Shown: positions 18,958 to 28,066 of the stretch, piece after piece | Layout: every line of letters starts with the position of its first letter | Numbering within the stretch: the stretch's first letter is position 1 | The notes under the pieces: generated by a model | The model's database searches: none | What the model was told of the DNA's origin: nothing | What the model saw: only the letters and a program-made list of their open reading frames with translations | DNA from: Patescibacteria group bacterium | Lineage (GTDB): Bacteria > Patescibacteriota > Patescibacteriia > JAXHNJ01 | Reading direction: 5' to 3' | Assembly: GCA_034520665.1 (NCBI GenBank) | Contig: JAXHNJ010000001.1 | Location: 2,579-66,578, forward strand | DNA: 64,000 nt | Program-made: the position numbers and the translations under genes

Positions 18958-21030
18958 TTATTCCCAATGTGTGTCTTTATATAAATTCTCGGCCTTTTGC
19001 TTAATTTTATAATATTTTTTCAAGGCCGGATCTTTTTTAGTTAAATCTTGGGCTGCTTCACGTGCCATTTTAATAATATCTACGTCTGCCAAAGTGGCCA
19101 TTTTGAAATCGGGCAAACCAGATTGTTGGGCACCGGTTAACACACCGGGACCGCGCATTTTTAAGTCATATTCAGCTAATTTAAAACCATCTTGAGATTT
19201 TTCTAAAGCCTCCAGTCTTTTTAGATTTTTGGGTGATTCACTTTCTGTAAAAACAAAGCAAAAAGATTGTTTTTCACTGCGCCCCACTCGCCCCCGAAAC
19301 TGATGCAGTTGAGCCAAACCAAATCTTTCAGCTCCTTCAATCATCATGACCGTGGCGTCAGGAATATCTATGCCGACTTCAATAACTGAGGTGGAAACTA
19401 GGATATCTATGGCTTTATTTTTCATTTGATCCATAATTTTTTCTTTTTCTTGGGTTTTCATTTTACCGTGGAGCCTGGCCACTTTAAAATCTGGAAAAAT
19501 ATCTTTAGCTATTTTCTCATATTCCTCTTTAACAGATTTTACACCTAGTTTATCCGAAGGTTCGATTAAAGGACAGACTACAAAAACCTGGTTTCCATTT
19601 TTAATTTCTTCTTTAATAAACTTGTAAGTTTTTTTTCTTTTTTCCGGTTCAATCACTTCAGTTTTTATTTTTTTACGGCCCTGAGGCATTTGGTCAATTA
19701 TAGAAAGGTCAAGGTCAGCGTAGACAGTTAGAGCCAGCGAGCGAGGAATGGGGGTGGCGGTCATTGAGAGTAAATGTGGCGCTAAATCATGTTTTTTTGA
19801 GGATTTGTCTCTTAGGGCTTTTCTTTGCTCAACTCCGAAACGGTGCTGTTCATCAACCACCACAAAAGCTAAATTGTGAAAACTAATTTTTTCCTGGATT
19901 ATAGAATGAGTGCCAATAACTATATTCACGCCACCTTTTTTTATTATAGTACTGGCTTTCTTTTTTGATAATTCCTCATCGTTAATTTTTATCAGTTTAC
20001 TGGTTAAAAGCCCCAGAGAGAAGTTAAAAGTTTTTAATATATTTTTTATTTTTAAATAATGCTGCCGGGCCAGTATTTCTGTCGGAGCCATAAAAGCCAC
20101 TTGAAAGCCATTTTTAATGGCTAGAAAAGCAGCCATTAGGGCCACTACTGTTTTTCCAGAGCCTACGTCTCCTTCTAAAAGCCTGTTCATGGGGTTACCT
20201 TTTTTAAGATCTTTAATAATTTCCTGACTTGCTTTTTCCTGAGCCTTGGTTAGTTTAAAAGGCAGGTTATTTTTAAAATCATCAATATATTTATCTTTAT
20301 AATTTATAACCGGAGCACGAGTTTGTTTAATAAATCTTTTATTTTGCAGTGATTGTATCTGAATATAAAAAAGCTCGCCAAATTTAAGTCTCTTTGAAGC
20401 CTTTTCTAACTTTTCAAAAGAATCAGGAAAATGAATTTGTTTTATAGCTTCTGGCAAAGGCATTAGCTGGTATTTTTTGGTAATTCTTTCAGGCAGGGTT
20501 TCTTTAATTTTTTTACGCAAAGTTAGTGCAGTTTTTATAAAAAATCTTATTTGTCTTTGAGAAAGTCCGCTAGTTAAGGGATAAACCGGTACTATACGGC
20601 CGGTGTGGGTTTGTTCTTTTTTTACTTTTTCAAAAGAAGGAGCTAAGAATTCCAAAGTTAATTCCTGCATTTTAACCTTACCCGAAAGAATAATTTCATC
20701 TCCGGGATTAAGTATTTTCTTTAGATAAGGCTGATTAAACCAAATTATTTTAATAGAAGCAGTCTTATCTTTAACCATAGCTTCAGTAATAGTCAGACGA
20801 CGCTTTTTCCAGCTGCGCCGGCTTTTTATAAGTTGTAAGGTACCTCTGATAGTATAAACTTCTTCCGGCTTAATGTCTTTGATAGGGGTTATTTCGGAAA
20901 AATCCTGGTATCTATTAGGAAAATAAAAAAGAAGGTCTTGTACTTTATTTAAGCCAAGACTTTTTAGCCGTCGGGCTGTGGTTGGTCCGACAGTAGGAAT
21001 TTCTGTAAAATCAGAATTAGCTTTGATCAT
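18958..21030 (-). CDS. recG: RecG helicase (mirror copy)
   Basis: Identical translation to the left-arm copy. Confidence 0.96.
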   Translation of the reverse strand: MIKANSDFTEIPTVGPTTARRLKSLGLNKVQDLLFYFPNRYQDFSEITPIKDIKPEEVYTIRGTLQLIKSRRSWKKRRLTITEAMVKDKTASIKIIWFNQPYLKKILNPGDEIILSGKVKMQELTLEFLAPSFEKVKKEQTHTGRIVPVYPLTSGLSQRQIRFFIKTALTLRKKIKETLPERITKKYQLMPLPEAIKQIHFPDSFEKLEKASKRLKFGELFYIQIQSLQNKRFIKQTRAPVINYKDKYIDDFKNNLPFKLTKAQEKASQEIIKDLKKGNPMNRLLEGDVGSGKTVVALMAAFLAIKNGFQVAFMAPTEILARQHYLKIKNILKTFNFSLGLLTSKLIKINDEELSKKKASTIIKKGGVNIVIGTHSIIQEKISFHNLAFVVVDEQHRFGVEQRKALRDKSSKKHDLAPHLLSMTATPIPRSLALTVYADLDLSIIDQMPQGRKKIKTEVIEPEKRKKTYKFIKEEIKNGNQVFVVCPLIEPSDKLGVKSVKEEYEKIAKDIFPDFKVARLHGKMKTQEKEKIMDQMKNKAIDILVSTSVIEVGIDIPDATVMMIEGAERFGLAQLHQFRGRVGRSEKQSFCFVFTESESPKNLKRLEALEKSQDGFKLAEYDLKMRGPGVLTGAQQSGLPDFKMATLADVDIIKMAREAAQDLTKKDPALKKYYKIKQKAENLYKDTHWE

Positions 21031-21083
21031 AGATCTATTCAATAAAAATACTAAAATTATCAACAGTATTTTTAAGAGTTACT

Positions 21084-21905
21084 TTATAATTCGATGCCAC
21101 CCCATTCGATTACAGTAAATCCTATTCTTTCGAAGTTTTTTATTAATTGAGGTGTAATTTTTATTGGGTCTTCTAAGGCTTTGTAAACCATAATAATTCT
21201 TTGTACTGAATCCGGTTTTGGTAAAATATTTAATTTAACTCGATTATGATATTCTTCTGCCGTAGCAAAATGAATAAGGTTAAATTTATTGTTTTGCATA
21301 CGTGGTAGCCAATATTCGATAAATTCTTTTATTTCTTGGTCAATAAGGCCCATATCTTTTAAACTTTTTTGGAAGAATAATTTTGTATTTTTTCCTTTTA
21401 CAATAAAGCCTTGTGAAAGATCGTAGGCGATCTTGTTCTGGTATTGTCCTTCCCAGAAAAGATAGTTGTATTTTTTATTATTTATTAGATTTAATATTTC
21501 CCCACTAGGTTTTGCTATCACATGCCAGCCATTTTGATATTCGGGATTTGATGCGAATATTTTTCCGGGGAAATCTATATTTATTTCTATTTGAGTTTCT
21601 TTTTCTGGGTAAAGATAAATTACTGGTTTTTCTACAGGAGAGCCAATATCTTCAATACTATAAGAAGTTATAACTGGATAACCCCTTGTATTAGTATTTA
21701 AAGAGTCAGATTTTCTGGTATCGATACTAGATGAATTTGGTTCTAATAAAGGTATATTAAGAAAATTATCTATAATAGCAGCTTTAGTTAAACCAGCGAA
21801 AATTATTAATAAAGAAATAATTATAACAATGGCGGCAATAAAACCAGTTTTAAAACCTTGTTGATTTTCAGAAAATATTTTTGGCTCTTTATAAAAATTA
21901 TCCAT
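21084..21905 (-). CDS. KPVIYLYP-family hypothetical protein (mirror copy)
   Basis: Identical to ORF 2683-3504. Confidence 0.8.
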   Translation of the reverse strand: MDNFYKEPKIFSENQQGFKTGFIAAIVIIISLLIIFAGLTKAAIIDNFLNIPLLEPNSSSIDTRKSDSLNTNTRGYPVITSYSIEDIGSPVEKPVIYLYPEKETQIEINIDFPGKIFASNPEYQNGWHVIAKPSGEILNLINNKKYNYLFWEGQYQNKIAYDLSQGFIVKGKNTKLFFQKSLKDMGLIDQEIKEFIEYWLPRMQNNKFNLIHFATAEEYHNRVKLNILPKPDSVQRIIMVYKALEDPIKITPQLIKNFERIGFTVIEWGGIEL

Positions 21906-21956
21906 GTTTATATGATAGCATAATTAATTTTAAAAATAAAAAATTATCCTTACCCA

Positions 21957-22028
21957 TGCCCTCGAGAGGAATTGAACCTCTATTTTAGGATCCGCAATCC
22001 TACGTCCTATCCGTTGAACGACGAGGGC
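21957..22028 (-). tRNA. tRNA-Arg(GCG) (mirror copy)
   Basis: Reverse complement of 2560-2631. Confidence 0.93.
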
Positions 22029-22054
22029 AAAAGTAAAGATATCTTATAATTAAT

Positions 22055-22555
22055 CTAAATCTTAAGTGAACGGCTAATTTGATCTGAAGCTGGCTCTTCT
22101 TCCTTTTCTAAATCTTCTTCAATATATTTTTTTAACACTTTTCTGACTTCAAGTGGGTTTTGTTTTTCCAGAGAAATAGGCAGGGTTGGTTTAAGTGAGC
22201 TTTTAAAATCGATATAAAGCACTTTTGTTTCAGGAGGGCGGTAAACAATCCAGAATTTTTTAATATCATTGTAGTCATAGAAGCTAGTGCCAGTTTCTAT
22301 ACCATCTTCTTTAATGCGGCACTCAAGAATTTTTGGTTTTTTACGGTTTTGGAAAACAAAAATAATACCCACCAGAATAATAACCAGGGTAAAGAGATAA
22401 TTACCGGTAAAGATTGACCACACTAAAATAGCCGCCGATATTAATAAAGTAGAAACATACCATAATTTTCCCCGATTAGGTATGTCATATTCTGAAAAAT
22501 CCCATGAAAGTAAGGTTTTACCCCGATCAGGGATTTCTTTTTTTTCTTCAGCCAT
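22055..22555 (-). CDS. Hypothetical 2-TM membrane protein (mirror copy)
   Basis: Identical to ORF 2033-2533. Confidence 0.8.
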   Translation of the reverse strand: MAEEKKEIPDRGKTLLSWDFSEYDIPNRGKLWYVSTLLISAAILVWSIFTGNYLFTLVIILVGIIFVFQNRKKPKILECRIKEDGIETGTSFYDYNDIKKFWIVYRPPETKVLYIDFKSSLKPTLPISLEKQNPLEVRKVLKKYIEEDLEKEEEPASDQISRSLKI

Positions 22556-23010
22556 ATATTTTTTCCTCCGTTTATTATTTAAATTATACTCTAATTATAG
22601 GTTTTTTTAGGGGATTTTTCAAGTTAGTGTTTTGAGGTACGTAGATTGGGGTTTAAAAACAAAGAAATGGCTCGGAGAAGTTGAAGTGAATATTCGCAAA
22701 ATACGCAAAATATCTCTTAAAAGAGGGTAGTCTAGACGAAAAGCGTGAACGGCTAGCGAATTTAAAAAGTAGATTAAACTATAAAGATAAAAAAAATTAC
22801 CTTAATAAAATAAAAAAACAACGACGAATCCGTTAAAACCGCTGTTTGTTTGTATTATTTAAGCCACTCGGGGTTACCCTCGATAAATAATTGTGTTTTA
22901 AAAAGGTATTAAGTTTTTTTACCTTTGATTAAATTTTCTTTCTTCTTTCTTGACCATTTCTTGATTTGTAATCCTGCTTGAGCGGGATGCGGAAACGACT
23001 TTATTTTTTC

Positions 23011-26000
23011 CTAGATCAACTGAATTAACTTTTCTAACTTTTTATTTTTTGTCTGCTGATATACTTTTTCCATTTGGTCTTTTTCTACTTCGTTGTATCC
23101 AAAACTTGAAGCTAATTGAATATCAATGTCGTCCTTTAATAATTTATTTAATTCATCTTCGTCAGTTAAATTAACAAGTAATTTATATTTATCCATCTCT
23201 AACTCCGACATTCCCATTTGCTGAACAACCTGATGCTGAAAACCGTCTCGTTCAAATAGCCCTCTATAGTGATGATATATTTTTTGATATTTTTCAAATT
23301 GTTCGGTTTTTGATTTAAGGAAGCTTTTATCAGCTATTATTTCTTTACCTTCTTTTTGTTTTAATAACTCTGAACTAATTAAAATAGTCAATATCATTGC
23401 AGCGGTTGTGGCAATTTTGACAATTGGCGATTTGGTCTTCTCTTTCAACCATTCAAACATAGCATAAACATTTTCTGGTTTTTTGAATAATACTTCTTGC
23501 TCTGCCTTTTCTTCAAAAGTCGTAAACTCAGTCTGGACAACTTCTTGTAATGCCTCTTGAATTTTAGGCAAATAATTATCAATTTCTTCTTTTTTGTTAT
23601 CAATACTAAATGAAGCTCTGATTACCCCGTTTCCGTGCCATTGCAAATCTTTTTTCTGAATTTTTGTTCGGTCTATATAAGACAGGTAAATGCCTTTATC
23701 AGCTAACTTTTGTGCAAACTCTTTATTATCAACTCCTGAAACACTAAAAGAATAAATAAATGATGTTCCTCCTTCAACTTCGTACAAAGTTAAACCTTCC
23801 TGTTCAGCAATTTGATGAATTTTATCTCTAAAATAATCTTTAAGTTCTTGGCGTTCTTGTGTTACCTTTTCAAAATTTCCATTTTCGTAGCCTTTCTCCT
23901 CTAAAGTCTGGATAGCATTATTAAAGCCAAAAGCGTCAACACAATCAATCTCATCTTCAATATCTGTATTCGGATGTATCTCTAGTTTATCATCAAACAT
24001 GTACTTCAAAATAACCTGCTCATCCTGCCAGTGTAATTTATTTAATTTGAACAAATTCTTTTTAACTTTAGGGCTATCAGGATTAAAATATCCTAATCCT
24101 AATGGGGTGCTGGCCATTGTTTTATGAGGAGTGCCAAAATATGCGTCGCAACCTATGTCATCAAACTTTACTTCTGAAACATTGCCTAATGCCTGTGCCC
24201 CATCAATCATTACAAAAATATCTGGGTCTTTAGGATTAAGTTCTTGTTTTTTCTTTCTCACAAATTCAATAATATCTTTTACTGGCAATTCAATACCTGT
24301 ATCACGAATAACCTGACTAATAACAAAACATTTTGTATCTGGAGTTAAACCGTTTTCTATATTTTTATAGATTGTTTTTAAATCTTTATTAACAACATCA
24401 ATTATATCTGTCTTAATTCCTGTTAACTCATCAACTATTTTACCGTATTTTTTACCCCTCTTCTTGTAAAAGGTTGGGTAAGCTGACCAAGGGTCTTTAC
24501 CTTCAGGGTTGCCGTGGTCAATGTTAGCTTCAAACAACCTAACAATTGATTTGTTTTCAGCGTTTGATAATAGAACTTTATCGCCTTTTTTAAGTCCTAC
24601 CAACCAAGAAACTAATTTCATTGCCTCGGTTGTATTTCTGCCAAAAACAACTGCTTCTGGTTTAACCCCCACCAATTCAGCTGCTTTTTCTCTCGCTTGT
24701 TCAAATAATTGTTCTTTTTGATTTTCAGACACATCTTTTGCCTCTGCTAACATCTTTTCAATTTCTTTTGGTCTGTTGGTAATAGAAGCGTGGTTTAAGT
24801 GTAGCGCTTCTCTTTCTCCATCAAGATATTCTTGATAATAATCCCAATTAAAATAAAAATCTTCTTCAAATTCCTGCCTATATTTTTCAAGATGTTGTTG
24901 AATTTCTTGGCTGTCAAATTCTACTCCTATCAAGCCCTTACCTAATTTTTTACGAGCATAAGCATATATCTCATTTACTTTCGGGATATTTAAATTAGAC
25001 AGATGATGAGCCGACTCAAAACGAGGATGTCTTTTAAGTTTTTGGCTAAAATCTGGAAGCACTCCCTTTTTGGACAACTCCAACCACTCTTGTGTTCCTG
25101 GATAGGCAGTATTTATATTTATACCAACAGAATTTTTAGATATTAAACCTTGAGATTTTAACTCTGAAATATAATCAATAGTCTGCTGATAGCTTCCTAT
25201 ACCTTCTAATCCGAACTGAAGAGAAACCCCTACTTTTATGCCAGCCTCTTTGCACCAATCCAATACATTTTCAACTTTTTCTAATTTAATTTTTTTACCA
25301 CCTTTAGATATAGCTTCTTCTAATTGTTCAAAGCCAAAATAAATATAGGAACAACCCGATTCTTTCATCTTATCAATAAATTCTTTATTTGGAATATCAA
25401 TAAAAGTTGTTTGACAGCCCCATTCAAAAGAAGCTTCTTCTTTTTGTAAATCAATTATCCCATCCAATAATTTTTCTGTTCTTTTTGGTTTTTGAGTAAA
25501 AGTCGAGTCATCAAAAAATACTGCTTCGTATCCATAATCTTTAATTAGAATTTCAATTTCTTTTAATGCTCGCTCTGGAGTTGGTCTGTCTTTACATAAT
25601 TTGTAAAGTGATGGTTGTTTATCTTTATTTGACAAGAGTGACTCCATACAAAAACTGCAAGCGTATTTACACATTATTTGGGTCATAACTTGAGCTGTTT
25701 TTTTATCACCAAAAACAGGAAACTTATTTTCTGTGGTCAATCTACCTCTAAACATAAAAGGCAATTTATTCCAGTCAACTGGGTTGCCTGACAAAGAAAT
25801 TGAATTAACTTTGTCTTTCTTATCTTTGACAAAGATATTGCCAGACCCTTCCACATTTTGAAAAATATCTTTATTTTTTATTATTTCGTCAATTATTTCC
25901 TGATTTTTTTTATCTGTATTATTAGCAATAAACTTAAAAATTTCTGTCAGGGCATATTGCCCGTCGCCAGCAACTAAAATATCAATTAACTCTTTTTCCT

Positions 26001-26832
26001 GCTCCTTGCTTAAAGTTGATTGTTTTTCAAGTGTCTTTTTTTGTTCATCTGTTAAACCAAGTTTTTCTCTAATACTTGGGTTAAAATACGCTTCGTGATT
26101 TGTCCCATCTTCATGAGAACCGCCCAAAATAACCAATGTGTCTGGGGAGTATTGCTTAACAATTTTAGCCAGCTCAATAGCAAAATAATGACCTTCGGAA
26201 GTGTTGCTTATCCCAACCGCTCTTGGTTTTTTGTCTTTTATTTCTTCAACAAAATTTTTAACAAATTCATCACTATACTCAGCGGGATTTTGCATTGATA
26301 AAATTTCAGGACTTTTCTCTGCTGGGAAAGTATCAGTTCTGACATATCTGTCCAAAACAGAAGTTGCATACATTAAAGGAGTTGGTTCGCCTGGGAATGT
26401 TCCGCTAACACCTTCTGAAATATGCGGGGCACTAACAAACATTACTGAAAAATGTTTCAGCTTATATTTCTCGTCTTCAAGTGCTTCAACAAATTTTTCG
26501 TGGCTTGTAAATTTCATATCTTTCAAATTTTGTTTAGCCTGTTTTTCTATTTTCAAATCCCGCTCCTTCAAAAAACTAATATATTCATTCGTATTAAATT
26601 CTTGTTCAGGACTGAAATAGTAAGCCTTACCTGTCTCTTTTTCAATTTTCTTTTCTGTATCAGTTAAATCTTCTGAAACCTTTTTCTCTTGACCTTCCCT
26701 AATCACTTCCAAATCAGCGCCTTCCTGTAAGGTGTCAGCAAGGCCTTTATTCTTTAAAGTTTTTGCCCTCTTTTCTAAGTTAATGGCTTCTTCGTGAAGA
26801 CTGTTTATATTATTTTCCTTTCTCTTAATCAT
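23011..26832 (-). CDS. Fusion of cobalamin-binding domain, radical SAM, class-V PLP-dependent domain and a C-terminal hydrophobic helix
   Basis: B12 domain motifs KPRAVGIS, LVILGGSH and DILVAGDG. Radical SAM motifs CKYACSFC, FFDDSTF and SGCSYIYFGFEQ. PLP motifs LNHAS, FGRNTTEAM, DGAQALG, TPHK and IRASFS. Confidence 0.85.
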   Translation of the reverse strand: MIKRKENNINSLHEEAINLEKRAKTLKNKGLADTLQEGADLEVIREGQEKKVSEDLTDTEKKIEKETGKAYYFSPEQEFNTNEYISFLKERDLKIEKQAKQNLKDMKFTSHEKFVEALEDEKYKLKHFSVMFVSAPHISEGVSGTFPGEPTPLMYATSVLDRYVRTDTFPAEKSPEILSMQNPAEYSDEFVKNFVEEIKDKKPRAVGISNTSEGHYFAIELAKIVKQYSPDTLVILGGSHEDGTNHEAYFNPSIREKLGLTDEQKKTLEKQSTLSKEQEKELIDILVAGDGQYALTEIFKFIANNTDKKNQEIIDEIIKNKDIFQNVEGSGNIFVKDKKDKVNSISLSGNPVDWNKLPFMFRGRLTTENKFPVFGDKKTAQVMTQIMCKYACSFCMESLLSNKDKQPSLYKLCKDRPTPERALKEIEILIKDYGYEAVFFDDSTFTQKPKRTEKLLDGIIDLQKEEASFEWGCQTTFIDIPNKEFIDKMKESGCSYIYFGFEQLEEAISKGGKKIKLEKVENVLDWCKEAGIKVGVSLQFGLEGIGSYQQTIDYISELKSQGLISKNSVGININTAYPGTQEWLELSKKGVLPDFSQKLKRHPRFESAHHLSNLNIPKVNEIYAYARKKLGKGLIGVEFDSQEIQQHLEKYRQEFEEDFYFNWDYYQEYLDGEREALHLNHASITNRPKEIEKMLAEAKDVSENQKEQLFEQAREKAAELVGVKPEAVVFGRNTTEAMKLVSWLVGLKKGDKVLLSNAENKSIVRLFEANIDHGNPEGKDPWSAYPTFYKKRGKKYGKIVDELTGIKTDIIDVVNKDLKTIYKNIENGLTPDTKCFVISQVIRDTGIELPVKDIIEFVRKKKQELNPKDPDIFVMIDGAQALGNVSEVKFDDIGCDAYFGTPHKTMASTPLGLGYFNPDSPKVKKNLFKLNKLHWQDEQVILKYMFDDKLEIHPNTDIEDEIDCVDAFGFNNAIQTLEEKGYENGNFEKVTQERQELKDYFRDKIHQIAEQEGLTLYEVEGGTSFIYSFSVSGVDNKEFAQKLADKGIYLSYIDRTKIQKKDLQWHGNGVIRASFSIDNKKEEIDNYLPKIQEALQEVVQTEFTTFEEKAEQEVLFKKPENVYAMFEWLKEKTKSPIVKIATTAAMILTILISSELLKQKEGKEIIADKSFLKSKTEQFEKYQKIYHHYRGLFERDGFQHQVVQQMGMSELEMDKYKLLVNLTDEDELNKLLKDDIDIQLASSFGYNEVEKDQMEKVYQQTKNKKLEKLIQLI

Positions 26833-26862
26833 AGTAAATTTTAATTAACCCTGTGGATTAAT

Positions 26863-27074
26863 TTATTTTAATAATTCATCAGGTAAAACACCTAATGCTT
26901 TGGTCAATTTTTTGATAGTTAATAAAAAGTGGGGTTTCTTAGCCCGCTTTCAAGGCTACTACTGATATACCCTCTGTCCATATTTAAAGCACGAGAAATA
27001 TTCCCTTGAGATGTTCCCTTTTTAGTCCGAATTTCCTTTAAATTTTTACCTAATTTTTTAGATAAATCGTCCAT
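26863..27074 (-). pseudogene. XRE/Cro-type HTH regulator, frameshifted
   Basis: MDDLSKKLGKNLKEIRTKKGTSQ...YISSSLESGLRNPT, then continues in another frame as LTIKKLTKALGVLPDELLK*. The shift is in a T5 run. Confidence 0.8.
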
Positions 27075-27109
27075 AATATCAATGATATTATATAACTTAT
27101 TAAATTTAT

Positions 27110-27250
27110 TCAACTCTCATGGCCGGTAAGGTTTTGTAGACAAACTTAATCCTTATGTTCTTTAAATCTTTTGTTTAGGTTAGTTGAATAACCTACATAT
27201 CTTTGCTTAGGATATTTTATACTTTTTAGATAATAAACGTAATATAAGAT
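27110..27250 (-). pseudogene. Truncated GIY-YIG nuclease copy (start ATG>ATC, 5-bp deletion, 3' half missing)
   Basis: Reads YYVYYLKSIKYPKQRYVGYSTNLNKRFKEH; duplicate of 27446-27703. Confidence 0.8.
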
Positions 27251-27329
27251 ATTTTTTTTGGCGACCAGAATCATAAAACTTTGTTTCGGTTCTGGTCTGC
27301 CACGAACCGAAAAATTCTTTTCTGGTTCG

Positions 27330-27419
27330 TGGCGGTGGGAGCAGGATTCGAACCTGCGGTCCCCGTTAAGAGACTCTGGTTTTCAAAACCAGTGCATTCG
27401 ACCACTCTGCCATCCCACC
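27330..27419 (-). tRNA. tRNA-Ser(TGA), CCA encoded
   Basis: GGTGGGA/TCCCACC acceptor, CTGGT-TTTGAAA-ACCAG anticodon arm, long variable arm, GCCA end. Confidence 0.95.
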
Positions 27420-27445
27420 GGGTTATTTTTATCGTGCGTCTCTCT

Positions 27446-27703
27446 TTATTTTAAAGTATTTCTTAACATCAATTTTAAGGCTTTTCTTCCCTTGCTTGTT
27501 TTTAGGTATTTTTCTTGTCTTTTTGCATCAGCTTTATTTTTAAAAACCTCATAAAAAATCAACTCTCATGGCCGGTAAGGCTTTGTAGATAAACTTAATC
27601 CTTGATTATGTTCTTTAAATCTTTTGTTTAGGTTAGTTGAATAACCTACATATCTTTGCTTAGGATATTTTATACTTTTTAGATAATAAACGTAATATAA
27701 CAT
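27446..27703 (-). pseudogene. Small stand-alone GIY-YIG endonuclease, full length with one in-frame TGA
   Basis: MLYYVYYLKSIKYPKQRYVGYSTNLNKRFKEHNQGLSLSTKPYRP*ELIFYEVFKNKADAKRQEKYLKTSKGRKALKLMLRNTLK. The TGA (27566-27568) is at the conserved RPW tryptophan. Confidence 0.88.
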
Positions 27704-27782
27704 ATTTTTTTTGGCGACCAGAATCATAAAACTTTGTTTCGGTTCTGGTCTGCCACGAACCGAAAAATTCTTTTCTGGTTTG

Positions 27783-27874
27783 TGGCGGAGAGGGTGGGAC
27801 TTGAACCCACAAACGGCTTTTGAAACCGTTACAGTTTAGCAAACTGCTGCCTTACCAATTCGGCGCACCTCTCC
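27783..27874 (-). tRNA. tRNA-Ser(GCT), CCA encoded
   Basis: GGAGAGG/CCTCTCC acceptor, GCAGT-TTGCTAA-ACTGT anticodon arm, long variable arm, GCCA end. Confidence 0.95.
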
Positions 27875-27905
27875 ATAAAGTTTAATCTATTGGTATTTCT
27901 AATAT

Positions 27906-28066
27906 TTAATTGAGGGAATTACTCAATCTATTTTTTAAAAGTTCTTTTTGTTGACCGGTTTTTAAATGATATTTTCTCTTTGTGGCCTCTTTTTTAGATA
28001 CATATGTTTCGTTTAGTCAATATAAAGATCATTATTATTAATTTTTAAAACATAAACATAGAACAT
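27906..28066 (-). pseudogene. Third, divergent GIY-YIG relic with internal deletion
   Basis: N-terminus MFYVYVLKINNNDLYID*, C-terminus KKEATKRKYHLKTGQQKELLKNRLSNSLN*. Confidence 0.72.

Larger units (their letters stand above)
1..24587. repeat. Giant near-perfect inverted repeat: arms 1-12290 and 12299-24587, 8-nt loop TCGGCGGT
   Basis: Apex reads CTGATAGCTT-TCGGCGGT-AAGCTATCAG. Every ORF has a mirror copy whose coordinates sum to 24588-24590. Base 1 (AAGGCGATAA) pairs with 24578-24587. Confidence 0.98.
27110..27788. repeat. Two ~225-bp direct repeats (27110-27335 and 27559-27788), each starting at the 3' end of a tRNA-Ser
   Basis: Near-identical apart from a few substitutions and a 5-bp indel. 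Confidence 0.92.

Noticed and set aside
27566-27568. TGA at a conserved Trp position, suggesting stop-codon recoding
   Set aside because: All long genes are intact under code 11, Trp is encoded by TGG, and TGA terminates the ABC ATPase at 63746 in an ATGA overlap. A nonsense mutation predating the duplication is simpler.
27258-27842. ORF-track calls of 98 aa (+) and 60 aa (-)
   Set aside because: They overlap tRNA-Ser genes and the GIY-YIG frames; spurious.
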